A stretch of 64,000 bases of DNA, taken from Psammoneis japonica (lineage: Eukaryota). The notes under the pieces are model-generated. The model did no database searches and had not been told where the DNA came from. It worked only from the letters and a program-made list of their open reading frames with translations. Within the stretch, counting starts at the first letter, position 1. Each line of letters begins with the position of its first letter. The DNA lies in assembly GCA_008632985.1 (NCBI GenBank), contig QPGO01000011.1, positions 682,001 through 746,000 of the forward strand. The letters run 5' to 3'. Shown piece after piece: positions 26,925 through 39,102 of the stretch. The position numbers and the translations under genes were made by a program.

Positions 26925-27593
26925 ATGAGACATTTCATTGTTCTGATTGCCTCATCTACGATGATGACAGCTGTAAATGCATTTGTGTTCCCTACACAAC
27001 ATATTCACCGGCCTCCATTGCGACAGAGTTCCATAAAGCCTCTCGTATCCCTGTCCATGGAGTCGGATTTCGGCTCAGCAATGCCGCCCAAGCCTGAGCA
27101 AAGCCTGGAAGAACGTATTGAACAGAGCGCTACTGAGTTCATTGCTTCGTTTACAGAACGTCTTGGCGAAGGTGAGTGCACTTCATTACGACCCGACAAC
27201 ACAGAAATCACGTCACGACACATATCTCACTCTTGTGCGTTTGCAGGCGTAGAAGCGCCTCCGGAACTTGAAGCGCTCCGGGAGGCACGTGACAGTGGTG
27301 AAACGACGTCAGTCATTGCGGCTCGCATTTATGAACTCATGTTAGAACAAGGCATGCTATATGATGTCCATCCTGAGACCGGCATCATGACTCCAACCGA
27401 ATGGAATATTAAAGAAAATTTGGAGGAAGACGCTGTAAAACAAGAGTTTTATTCATTGTACTCCTATGGCATCAAATTGGCGCAACAGGGGTTGGTCCCC
27501 GCCGATGAAATCAAAGAAATTGTGAAAAAGCGATTGATCGAGAGAACGGGCAAGAGCCCAGAAGAATTCGACAAGTGGCTCGGCTTTTACTAG
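26925..27593 (+). CDS. Plastid-targeted protein of unknown function
   Basis: Signal peptide ending VNA|FVFP (ASAFAP-type). Intron at ~27172-27246. C-terminus LIERTGKSPEEFDKWLGF. Confidence 0.75.
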   Translation: MRHFIVLIASSTMMTAVNAFVFPTQHIHRPPLRQSSIKPLVSLSMESDFGSAMPPKPEQSLEERIEQSATEFIASFTERLGEGECTSLRPDNTEITSRHISHSCAFAGVEAPPELEALREARDSGETTSVIAARIYELMLEQGMLYDVHPETGIMTPTEWNIKENLEEDAVKQEFYSLYSYGIKLAQQGLVPADEIKEIVKKRLIERTGKSPEEFDKWLGFY

Positions 27594-29147
27594 GAAGGTT
27601 GTTTCCCAGCAATGATGGCTTTGAGAATTTTCTGACTCTGCGATTTGCACGAATGCCCACCGGTGCATTGTCCACTGAGATTGTCTCTAGCGATATCGAC
27701 CAGGTGTTCAAATAGATAGGATCGAATTGCAGTCGTGTCGTTCTTTGAAACTCCAAAGCCTTGGATGATACCTTTCCATATTAGATCTTGATGCTTCAGC
27801 TGGCGACGACCGTGCTTGTACGGTTTGCGGTCTCCGTATTCTCCCATAATGACTTCTTTCATTCCTGCACTCGTAGGTGTCCTGGCACGAATCGCGCCAG
27901 GATACAGTCTACCGAATCTCATGATGCAATGATCTTTTGTCTTATTGCTGCAGGGCTTGACTACACGGTGCAGTTTCGCATGCATCCCCGCTGGTAGATC
28001 TTCTCGGGTCACATTGAGACCATATGCCGCCGTGAGACCTGGAGTGATACATTCGCCACGCTTCGTAGCGACCAAATAACCAAACGGATCTTCATCTTTA
28101 TCATAAGTTGTCCAGGGTGAACTGGGATGCCATTCCAAGTGTGAATATGAACAGAACAACAGCCAGTTTTTCTGGTGCACGACGTTTTCGTTTTGTAGAA
28201 TAAGAGACGAATCGTGCTGTACATTTTCAACAAAGCCAATGTGCAATCCATCATCTGCATCCAAGCGGCTTTCCAGCACAATCCTTTGTTGGGCCTCTCG
28301 GTGGAAGAGTTCTGCCAACTCATAGCTTCCACTCCACACGTCGTCTGCCGTAAAATCCAAACCTTGGTCCTGCCTAAATCCCTCGGGATTGTTGTTGGAC
28401 GCCACAATCAAAAAGTGACTAAAAGGCTGTACCAAAGCAAGTAAGCGCCCCTTCAGACTCTCATCCAGTTGGGGGTCGGTACGAATGATCCACAGATACT
28501 GCTGTGACGTCTGATTGGCCATTGTTGGGAGGCAAAAATGTTCAAAAATCTCAAGTCGAGCCTTGCCTAACTCAACCAAGTGTGGCTGTTGTTGCATAAG
28601 TCTATTTGAAAAAGGGAAAAAGTAGAACGCGTCAGTCAAACCTAGAAATGAAATATAGCAGCGTGTTTGCTTTCGAATCCTACCTTGTTTGAACGACGTG
28701 AACCACATCTCCGTACTCCCACTGCAACGCAGTCTCTTGATGATATATTTGTGGTTGTGCCAGAAGGCGGCTGTGCTCGGAGAGAAAGGTTTTCATCGCG
28801 CAAGCTAGCACTATGAGAACCCACATTGCGGTCCAAATAATCTTGAATTGGTAGTTTCCGCGTCGAGGGCTTCTCAGCAGTTTTCTCCGAACTCGTCTTT
28901 TTCTATTTTGTGGCCACATCGGCGGAGCGGGTAGGGACGATTGCTGATCCTCGGGAAGAGAGGGCTGATGATGGGTACTACTACTTGTTTTGCGAACAAC
29001 GATTCGGGGCGACGTTCGACGTGCCAATACGCATTGCGATGGAACTGAACCGAAAGATGGCAAATCTCGTTGTCGATTACGTGACATTGTGTGCATATCG
29101 TTCGGGGGGACCATGTTGCTGCAATCCACGCGGCTTGTAGATTCCAA
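27590..29147 (-). CDS. Putative rhamnosyltransferase-like glycosyltransferase, type II membrane
   Basis: TM anchor, then VHVVQTR|LMQ, ARLEIFEHFCLPTMANQT and ESRLDADDGL (DxD). Intron at ~28605-28683. Confidence 0.75.
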
Positions 29148-29894
29148 AACACGGCTAAGACCGACTACCCCTCCTGCCTCTGCTTCTTGCTCTTCACTTA
29201 CTGCTCTCCTTGCTCTCCGAGAAACCGTTTTACTATTGTACTTGAGAAAAGTGCGGAAGTTGCGTCGTGTCTACACCAGCTCGACTAAAAATTCGAACCG
29301 GAATTGCGGCGAAGCGAAATGTGAGTGGATTTGCTTGGCCTCGTGAACGGAGTTGCAACGATATATTTTTCCGTTCATTCTCACGTGGTCACGCATTCCA
29401 ATAATGACATATACGTTCTTTCTTTTATTTATATTGGTATTCGAAGAATAACATGAATCGTGCTGTGGTATAATTGAATAATTAAAATATATGAATTTAT
29501 ATAAGTTGGATACAATATAACCATTATTCAGTTCTGTAGCTTCGCAATAATTAGATGTCCTTTCCGCAGTTTTTCTGCCTATCTTTTATAAGAAAATGTG
29601 CTTTAAATATCATTGATGTCATGTTGATGTCATCCTGTCCACGTCAGGTGATTTCAACTTATGTAAGTTGCGGAAACGGCAGTTTGAAACAAGAAAGGAC
29701 GATGACGTGGTCGCGCCAATGTTTTCCGCCACTCACATCACACATCTCAGATCTCAGCCGTGTTGTTGTTGCACTCAACACGCAACACGTCTTCACTAGA
29801 AAGCGAAACAGAATAGAACGCTTCTTTCGACCTCTCATTACGCTCTTTCGTCGGTGTACTTTCTGTTGTCACGAGATCGTAATCCCTTGGAGCC

Positions 29895-30782
29895 ATGCCC
29901 TACCATCTCGCCGACGCCAAAGCTGATTCTCATCAGTTCCTGGAAACACCACCGATTCGTGGTCCCAAGGAAATCGGATGTGCTCTCGGTGCTTCTCTTC
30001 TCGTCAGTCCTATGGTTTCGATCATGGACAAAGCCATGGTTCAGCCAATTAGTGGAGCTGGTCAGTTCATGAGAGCTGTCGGTGCCGCAACTGGACAGAT
30101 GTTGACCCAACCAAAGGCTTTCTTTGGAGGTCTCTCGTTCCGTCTGACTGCCATTGTCTACTTTGGTACTTATGCTGCTGCCAACCTTAGCGAGCTCGGT
30201 CTTGACACGCTCAAGATTCGTGATGAAGAATCGAGAAAGACCATCAAGGTTGGCAATGCTTCCGTTGCCAACATTGGTCTGCTAGCATGGAGAGATTCCA
30301 TCTTTGCTCGCGAGTTTAGCGGCGGCACCACCAAGCCAAAGGTCACTCCCATGCGCACAGTAAGCATGTTTGCTGCTCGTGACTGCGCCACAATGATTGC
30401 TACTTTTTACGTTGCTCCCAAGGCATCCACCTATCTCATCAAGGAACACGAAGTCAACAAGCACGTTGCCGAGGTTTCAAGTGCTCTTGTGGTTCCCGTG
30501 ATTGCCCAGATCTTGACTGCTCCAATTCACATCCACGCCATGGATTACTACAACCGTCCCGTCGCCACCACCGGAGAGCGTATGCAGACAATCAAGAATG
30601 AATTTGGAAAGATTTCTTTTGCTCGCGGCCTTCGTATCCTACCAGCCTTTGGCATTGGATCCTACTCCAATAACAAGCTGCGCGAATTGTTCATCCGTCA
30701 GCCTAATGAGGACCTCTTGCTGAGCAAAAAGGTCACCAAGCTCTTGCAGAGACAAAGGAAAGTCACCTACTTTATTCGCTAG
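29895..30782 (+). CDS. Membrane protein, possibly distantly related to the mitochondrial carrier family
   Basis: Intact 295-aa ORF with carrier-like PxxxxxD segments (SPMVSIMDK, APIHIHAMD). Confidence 0.55.
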   Translation: MPYHLADAKADSHQFLETPPIRGPKEIGCALGASLLVSPMVSIMDKAMVQPISGAGQFMRAVGAATGQMLTQPKAFFGGLSFRLTAIVYFGTYAAANLSELGLDTLKIRDEESRKTIKVGNASVANIGLLAWRDSIFAREFSGGTTKPKVTPMRTVSMFAARDCATMIATFYVAPKASTYLIKEHEVNKHVAEVSSALVVPVIAQILTAPIHIHAMDYYNRPVATTGERMQTIKNEFGKISFARGLRILPAFGIGSYSNNKLRELFIRQPNEDLLLSKKVTKLLQRQRKVTYFIR

Positions 30783-30880
30783 AGAGATGCTTTCCGTGTA
30801 ATGGTAGCTTTTAGATTTTGTTTATCCTTTCGAACCTACGTATCATTACTTGCATTTCGGTAGGTCAAACTCTAAGTCTT

Positions 30881-32104
30881 TCATATCGATTGGCACCTCC
30901 GGAATATCTCCCGACCAGAAAGCCAACAGCCAGAATCATGTGCTACCCACGATCCTCCACACCTTGCTACTCGCCCTTTGCGTCCTCTCGGCTGAAGTCT
31001 TGGTTTCTTTCGGCACAAACTGTTTTCCCGCCGCTGCAGATTCTTCACCCGTTCGAGAAAGTCTGCAATGGCGCTGTTCAGTTCTCCAGTGGCATCCAGC
31101 ACGGATATATGCCCGGAGCCTGCAAATAGCAAAGTTTCCGAAAGCGTCAATTTAGCATGCATCTCCTCAATGATGACAGGTCGAACTATGTCAAACTCTC
31201 CCGAGTTCAAAAACATGGGCAGATTTGACAATTCGCCGAGACGTGGCATGGCGTTGAAATTCTTCAAGGATCCTGTCCAGGGACGAAAGTCCGACGGGCC
31301 CTCCATCAATGCAAACAGCTCTGGATTCACTTTAGACAAAGAATCCAACGCACAATCAGGAGGGATGTCACTTCTGTGTGTAAAAAGATTCAAAAGCACA
31401 GTTTCAATTGCTTCTGCTTCTGGAGACTCAACGTCCTGTTCGGTTGCTTTAATGCGAGAACGAAGGTGCGGAGGAAGTCTGCCCAATGTTCCATCTTGTG
31501 GATCCCATTGGGCAGCAGTGAATTCTTTGGGATGCGGCATTGGTGAGTTTAAACTGATTGACACGAGATGTCTGCGGAACTCGGATTTGGAATTCAGAGC
31601 AAATTCAAGTGCTGTCATTGTTCCAAAGCTGTCAGCAACAATGTGAAAATGCTTTATGCCCGCATCTTCCAAGACCAATGGAAGCTCTTCGTGGGCCTTG
31701 TATTCACATCAGCAGCAAAGGGAAAGTCTTCTGCGGCCGTGGCATTCGGAGGAAAGCTGGATTTTCCTGTTCCAACTTGATCATAGAAAACAACCTTGCG
31801 TCCCTTGCAAGCAAGAGCCTTCAAAGGAATGACGCAGTTGTGAGGCAATCCAGGTCCACCATTGACCACGACCACCGGAGATTTGCCGTTCCAATGCAAC
31901 CATCGGTGTGTAAATGAAGTGGGCCATTGAAAGGTTGGCTCTGGTGGGAACCTTCACGCGTGTCAGCTTCAGATCGTCGCACAGATCCGGTGTCATGTCG
32001 TCGCATGACCAACCCTCCCAGTCATCGTCTTGATCTTGCGCCTTCACGCAAGAAGTTAAAAGGAGAATCAGCAAGGCAAGTCGAAGACAAGACAAGTTCA
32101 TCAT
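30881..32104 (-). CDS. Secreted proline iminopeptidase-like alpha/beta hydrolase (apparent frameshifts)
   Basis: Signal peptide, NGGPGLPH, FYDQVGTGKS, nucleophile-elbow ADSFG, GEFD and SGH, spread over three frames. Confidence 0.75.
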
Positions 32105-32375
32105 TTTGGGCTCTCAGCAGAGACAATGAAGGTTGATTTTAGATCCTGCTCATCTTGAGATCGTGTTGAGGAGAGCCTCACAATGTTGCATGCTGTTTGC
32201 GGCATCACGCGCCGAAATTCAAATTTGAAATTCCTGCGGACACAAATTTCCCACGGTCTTTTTTGAGATGTGTGACGTGTCGGAGGGAATTCTCGATAAG
32301 ATGAATCTTTCACATCTTGGATCTATCGCGATTAAAGTTGCAACAGTTTATTGCGTCTCCGCCACTGCGACCTCA

Positions 32376-33587
32376 ATGTTTTCGGAAATGGCAATTGACG
32401 ACAAGGTGCTCGCCTTTCGTAGTGTGTTTGAGGAGTGCTTGACAGATATCGTTGCGGAAGCTGCAAAAGACAATACGTCTCCATGTCTCATTCTTTCTGG
32501 AGGCGTCGACACGTGTGCAATTCTTGAGGCAGCCAGCAAGCTAGACATTAAGTTCGCCTGCGCCGTGACTGTCATTACCAACAACGACAATGACACTGTC
32601 AGTCCAGACCGAAGATTTTCCATTGCTGCGGCATCCCAACACAATCTTGAGCACCACGTGATTTCAATTACTGCGGATCAACTCGTTTCGACCTTTCTTC
32701 CGGTTGCTGTACAAGTTCTCAAAACCTATGATGGCATGACTCTGCGCAACAGTCTCGTTGTGGCTGCTGCATTTCAAAAAGTCTCCGAGCTTGGCTACAA
32801 ACACGTTGTCGTTGGAGACGGTGCAGATGAGCTTTTTGGAGGATATTCCTTCATGTGGGGTTCTGCTGACGATCCAGTGCTTTGGAAAGACAAGCGAGAC
32901 AAAATGTGCGCAAAGTGGACGTTTGCTACCGGTGACCTTGCAAAGTATTATGGGATGGTCTCTTATAGTCCATACATGTCAAAGAAAGTAGTTGACTGGG
33001 CGATTTCAAATACAGAACGGGATGATTGTATTGGAGTTCGTCCGATTTGTCTTGTTCATGGTGGTGCATTCCAGGAACATGAGACTGGCAAACTCATTCT
33101 GAGGTTAGCTTATGATACGGTGGCATCTTGGCGTCGAAAGGACCCAATCGAAGTCGGTTCAGGGGTAACAGTCATTGGGCACGATAAATACTGGGACGAG
33201 CGTTTACCACACGATGAATTCATTGCCGAGAAGAACCAGCTACTTGAATTGGGTTATGTCATCAAGAACAAAGAACATCTCGTGAATTTTCGTGCCTTCC
33301 AAAAGTTTTGGGAGGATGGACACCCTGAAAAAAGAAGGCTTGAAATTGGTGAAGGTTGTGCAGGATGTTGCTATGATATCAATGGTGATACGTTCTGCTA
33401 TATTTGCGGCGCATTCCCAGCGCAGCGAGAAAGAACCAATGAATGGGCCATTCTCAAACTCGTGGGCATCTCCTTCTCCGCTGCTCTACCCCAGTCCGCG
33501 GGTTTGATGCAGAGAGGCAATGCAGCAGTGCGCAACGAGCCTCGTGTTCGTCCCCTCTTGGGCTTCTCGCAACATGGCGCAACTTAA
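32376..33587 (+). CDS. Asparagine synthase C-terminal (ATP pyrophosphatase) domain protein without a GATase domain
   Basis: LILSGGVDT PP-loop, VVVGDGADELFGGY, GKLILRLAY, WRRKDPIEVGSG, and a C-terminal CxxC...CxxC. Confidence 0.78.
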   Translation: MFSEMAIDDKVLAFRSVFEECLTDIVAEAAKDNTSPCLILSGGVDTCAILEAASKLDIKFACAVTVITNNDNDTVSPDRRFSIAAASQHNLEHHVISITADQLVSTFLPVAVQVLKTYDGMTLRNSLVVAAAFQKVSELGYKHVVVGDGADELFGGYSFMWGSADDPVLWKDKRDKMCAKWTFATGDLAKYYGMVSYSPYMSKKVVDWAISNTERDDCIGVRPICLVHGGAFQEHETGKLILRLAYDTVASWRRKDPIEVGSGVTVIGHDKYWDERLPHDEFIAEKNQLLELGYVIKNKEHLVNFRAFQKFWEDGHPEKRRLEIGEGCAGCCYDINGDTFCYICGAFPAQRERTNEWAILKLVGISFSAALPQSAGLMQRGNAAVRNEPRVRPLLGFSQHGAT

Positions 33588-33932
33588 ATGAACGGTGTTG
33601 GCTGAGTGAACTCTAGAGTTTATTGGAAACCCTCTAAACACAAATGTGATATTATAGCTAGTAGTGCAGTGTGAGAGAGTTTAAAAGAGTTGTTAGTCTA
33701 GAGTACAGTAGCTAAGATAGAGTAGACCGGTGCGGTACTTACTACCGTACCGGTACGAGGAGTTGTTTTCACTCCCAGATAAACTCCCCAGCGGTCGTGT
33801 TTCAAACTGTGCACGAAGCTTTTACGAGGAATTCGAATTTTGGCGAAGTGCGCTTGACAGGGATACGTACGATGCGCGCACCTACCGGTACCGGGCACTG
33901 GCCATAATTTTTTGAACTTGAGCTTCTCGACA

Positions 33933-36687
33933 ATGGCTTGCGCCGCCTGCGATGCTGCAGAGATCTTTAGCATGGAGGAGAAAACAGAAGAAGCAAACGT
34001 AAATGAAGATATGAGTGGTGTCGAGCAGGGAGAAGTAGACGTCATAGAGAATGACGTTCCACCGACGCTCTCGGTCACTGTGAACAACACGGACGAGCAA
34101 TCCGACGAGATGACAACACCAACAACCTTGAGTCCGTTGTCTCAAGAAACGCCCGTATCGTTGACGAGCCCGTCCAGTTTACCAAATATCACGCCCGTGC
34201 CTAGACCGTCGCTTTCTGCAAGTAAAAATCGGAACTCTAGCTCAAAGAAGACCAGCGTCAAAAGGATTTCTACATCTCAATGCATCGCCACGGGGAAAAC
34301 AGGAGCTGTGACCGACGTCGAAATCGAGGTGAGTGGCAAGATGTTGTGCTGTTGGTAGAGTACATATGATGGTTCTAACAAGCCATACAATCATTTGGTG
34401 GTGAATTAGGTCTTGGAAGACTCTACTCGTGAACCCATGGACCCGAACGAACGCCGCAAAAAGGAATTCAAACACAAACTGAAGGGCAACATTGGTGCAG
34501 GTAAGAATCTGTTCAAGGCGGCAGCGGAAGCCATTGTCGCTGAAAACAGAGTTCAAAAACAGACAAGTAATATCGACGAAGACGACGATACGGATAAGGT
34601 GAAGGGTGGTGCAGACTTGTTTCGTGATGTAGCTCAAGAGGTGGTTGCCAAGAATCGAATGATGGGATTGTTTCATCGACATCGTGACGAGCCAGAGGAA
34701 CCGGCGCAATTGCATGGACGACTTCAGGTACATACTTCGCGCCACGTGGATATACACAATCTATCATCTTGTGACGAGGAGAGTAGTAGCAGCAATAACT
34801 CGGAATGCAGTAAGAGTGCGTGCGATAGTGACGAGGAAAAGAAGAAACTCAAGAAAGCCAAAAAAGCGAAACAGAAATCACACCCTCATTACCGATTGGC
34901 TCTTCATAAACAGCCTGAAGGCAATCTCTGCGTCCGTCTGTTACGTGCTGTGGGTATATCCGCTGGCTCTGATGGCATTTACGATACGGCGGGAGGAGGC
35001 AACTCGTGCACTTGCTTTGGGTTTTCTCTGAATGACTTGGTCACTTCCTACCTCCATTGGACGTTTCGTACATCCTTTGCCACATACTTTTGTCTGCCTT
35101 TTTCGGCTTTCTATGCGTGACGGTGTCCTTTGCTCTGCTCATGTGGTGGGTGGGATCATACAAACCGCAATGCATTCATGTAAATGGAGTTGAATTTGGT
35201 ACCGAGAGCCCTTGGGGCAATTTTCTTGACGCTTACGCGCTAAGCTGGACAACGTTCAGTACAGGTTGGTACACCATGATTCAGCAGTTGTTAATGACTT
35301 GGCTTTTATCCGCTGTATACTCACTCGTTGATTTTTTCGTTGCTACTCCTTTGTTTTGATTTCCGGTATAGTGTACGTTGATGTACCTTGAGATAATACC
35401 TTTTCCTATTGTACGTGATACTCGTTTCACTCATCTCTTCTGCTCCTTATGTCAGGGCTATGGCTTGGTATTTCCCGCCACTTCAGCAGTTGTCGATGAC
35501 CACCACAAGTGCTCGGGGATCTCAGTTCTTGCCACCTTCGAATCATTCGTTGGAATCCTCTTTTCTAGCATGACAGGTGCAATTGTGTTTGCAAAGATCA
35601 CTCGCGTTCGCAGTCAAGCTCAAGTATCATTTAGCGACCCTATTGTCATCAAGTATGGTACCGGTGCACTTGAAGTAGGGGACGATGATTCCACAACCAA
35701 TAAATCTGGCAGTCGCGGAAGTAGAAATAGTAGCCTGAAAGGGATATTCGAGTTTGGCCCCTCACCTTTCCAGTGTTGGAATTTCAGGTCGTGAATCGTC
35801 TTCATTCAAGTATCAAGGGGGAGGTAAGAAGGATTTTCAGCATTGAAACTTCTTCCCACAACAAACTCACATGCTTTTCCGATTAGATAATGGATTGTGT
35901 CATGCAAATCGTCGCCAGCGTCGATGCTAGGAATGCAGACCCAACGATCCAGAAGATGGCTGGTCACCTGCGTCGCCGAAAAGGCAAGAAACGTGGTGTT
36001 CGCAGGACGTCTCAGCAGGCCGGGTTCAGAAGATCATCAAGTTTTTCAGACCTTACTCATGCCACAATCACGGAAACGAAGCCTCATACATTTCCTGAAA
36101 TCGGTCGTACCTCATCCAATGTATCCGCTTCAGATCCCCGCAACACTGATACTGTTGAACGAGTAGTCACTCGGCGAAGAAAGCACACTGCATTTGACGA
36201 GGAGATTGGTGGCAAGTTGGTCCCACGGCGGATATTTTCCAAACTTGAAATCGATGGCGGGCCGGATCATCCCTTCTTCAAACGCGTTTGGCTCGCACGG
36301 CACACACTCGATTTGCACTCACCTCTTCTTACCTTTGAAGCACGTCAGAAAATACGTCTTAATGGTGGTAGATGGCCATCGGAAATGAACACCCACGAGG
36401 CTGTACGCGACGCGGTAAGCTTTGATCAGATCTTGGTGAGCTTTTCTGGCACATCCAATGTTGATGCAAATTCTGTGTACGCACAAAAGGTATACGAGTA
36501 CGGCGACATTAATGTTGGCTATAGCTTTGTATCGATGTTGTACCGTGACTTTAAGGATGGCAGTCTCAGGGTTGACTTGACGTTGTTGAACGATGTTGTG
36601 GAACAGTATGGGGGAGGCGGAGAACCGTTGACGGGGATTGAGGATCACGAGTTTCACGACCACCTTTCAGAGATTGTAGTTTTGTAG
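33933..36687 (+). CDS. Inward-rectifier (Kir-type) potassium channel-like protein, multi-exon
   Basis: DAYALSWTTFST...GYG pore, FESFVGILFSSMTGAIVFAKI, VSFSDPIVI, HTLDLHSPLL, ILVSFSGT, YAQKVY. Introns and probable frameshifts at ~35105 and ~35770. Confidence 0.78.
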
Positions 36688-37070
36688 GTTGCCGACAATC
36701 TAGTCTTCTTCTCCTGTTGCTCCCTCTACGGTAGTCCATGCTTTTCTTCATTGCACGTTGGAGCTATCGAGTGGAAGATCACTCTGGGATGGTGAAACTA
36801 GACTCGATGCTGGTAACGCTATGATAGAGAGCTACAAAATGGAGAGAGGCTATCTGTCTCCGGCACAAATTTTTCTGTGTGGATAAACACGCGTTGAGCC
36901 GCTTCACGGCTTCAACAGCCTCTGAAAACAATTTAACCAAGATTTAGCCTAAAATTACCGCTGCAGACGACTACAGTAAATTCTTCACCCTTAAAATCGA
37001 GCCTCATCGCATACCATCTTCTCTCCATGCGCTGTTCTAAAACATCAATTCACAAAATCACTTTCTTCTT

Positions 37071-38963
37071 CTACTCTCGATAATTCACGGCTTTATCCCT
37101 CTTGCGCAAGCTCGGGTTCGTCTTGCTACAGTGAGGACACACAGATACTGGCAAAATGCGCACCTCGTCAAACTTGTGATTCTTTTTTGCCTTCCTCTTG
37201 ACCATGACGGTTTTCGTCTGCTCGGTCCATGCTTGAATCGGTATGGGCGCAACCGGCGTGTTGGAAGTGCAAGATTTTACCGTGCACAGAAACTCTGCAT
37301 GATATGTCTTTTTGGTGTACTTGTACATATGAAACGAATTTATGGGGTTCAAAAAATCCAGATACTCCGTGCCGAATTCCTCACCCTCAATCAGAAACTC
37401 TTCCAACTCATAAAACGAAGCCTGCTCGTGCTCGTTTAGACCACACTCTCTACGAGCCGCGTTAACTTCCGAAATCGGCGGCGGCAATCCCGGCAATGGG
37501 TGTAGCGTCACGAGCTCTGCCCCGGGCAGCATTTGAGTAAAGAGCCCGGCCAAGTAGTCATCTGGGGTGGCCTTGATGGTGTCTTTGTTTGTTGCCCGCC
37601 CTCCAAAGACCTCACTAAAATTGTTGCAGAAAAGACGGTTCACCTGGTCTGTCAAGAACATGCGGTGGGCGGGATCTTCCAACCTTCCGTGCCTTTTTCA
37701 AAAGGAAAAGAATTAGTACAATATCCATTGAGACCATAATTTGATACTGGGTGGCAGAAAACACAATATCAACTTACCGAAACCGGACAAGGCCATGTCG
37801 GAACTTTTCGCCTCGGTTTCTTCGTTGCTGGAGTTTGTCCCTAATGTGGCTGAGTATTCCGCAGGCAACGTTATTGCGTGCCCCCTGGACAAAATACAAG
37901 AAGCAGACATATGAGAAATGGGAATAAAGCACAGTGTTCAATACGACGCAGCAGCAAGTCTTACAAGTACTTCAATGCCTCTGGCTTCACAGCCTCTTGT
38001 AAGTGCCACTTGCGTACAGACCGTTCCAAGCCCATGCCCAACGTCCGCAAAGACATCAGATTCTTCAAGTGACGTGTAAATGGTTTCTAGTTTCTACGTA
38101 ACAGAGACAATGAATGTTATGAGATAGCGCATCGCAATGTCAACGTTGCATGAAAAGAAAACACAGAAGCATCTTACCGTGATGAGAGCAGGCAACGCTC
38201 TTCCATAAAATGCCAGCTCTTGTTCTGTGCTATCGTCCTTGGACACGTCACATCCCTTGACAGCTCGGTTCCCTTCAATGTAGGCCAACGTTTGTCCCAA
38301 GTCTTCCTCAAAACCTCGAAACAAGTCTTGCACTTGATCCACTGTCATCAAGGTTGCGCCAGCGTCGTTTGCTTGATCCAACCTGCCAAGGGTTACATCG
38401 GGACAGTTGGCCAAGAGAGTGCCATCAAATTCTTCTTCAATCACATCGACATCGTCCGCCGCCTGGTCTGGGCCTGCAGCTATATCCGCGTCTCTTGCCG
38501 ATGGCAAACGAGCAACCGCATCGGGTGCTGGAGTAGCAGCCGCAGCAGAAGAAGCAGCAGGAGAAGCAGCATTAGTTCTGGCGGAAGAGGCTGATGCTTT
38601 CTCCTGACTCTCCATAGGAGGAGCAACTTTTCTAGGGACTTTCTGGCGAAATGCAGTCGAGGACGCAGCGGCAGTGCGAGGAAGTGCTGCTCCTCTTGGA
38701 GTCTTCGGAAACCCTCTCGATTCTTCATACGATCTTTCCAAGTCAATGACGTCCTTTGCTGCCGGTTTCCGATCATCCTCGTCGCTGGAATAATTATTGA
38801 CAAGCACGTCCTCCTCCTCGCTTTCGCTTGACGAGTCAATAATAACAAACACATCTTTGCCCTGTGGGCTGCGTTCAATCCTCGCCACGTGTTGTTCGTG
38901 GCTTCTCTTTGTGCCACGCTTCTTACTGGAGGCACTTTTACTCCTATTAACGTACTGGTCCAT
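37071..38963 (-). CDS. DOT1-like SAM-dependent (histone H3K79-type) methyltransferase, 4 exons
   Basis: Exons 38963-38178, 38093-37965, 37884-37778 and 37692-37071 are all GT-AG and in phase. Spliced protein: FYGRALP...DVFADVGHGLGTVCTQVALTRGCEARGIEVL...RHGRLEDP...LFCNNF, which matches DOT1 motifs. Confidence 0.8.
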
Positions 38964-39102
38964 GGTTGCTGCTGCAGTCCGGCGAAATGTGTGAGAGGTG
39001 AGAGCACAACACACTTACGACGCCATCTTTGAGGTCAGCATCTATCAGTCTATCAGTTACAGTGACCTTACTGTAGACTATGCGTTGCTTTAAAATAGAA
39101 GA

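Noticed and set aside
8283..36687. Frameshifts in the UNC-93, UBR, peptidase and Kir genes as programmed frameshifting or pseudogenisation
   Set aside because: Most fall in short homopolymer runs in otherwise well-conserved genes. Long-read consensus indels are the simpler explanation.
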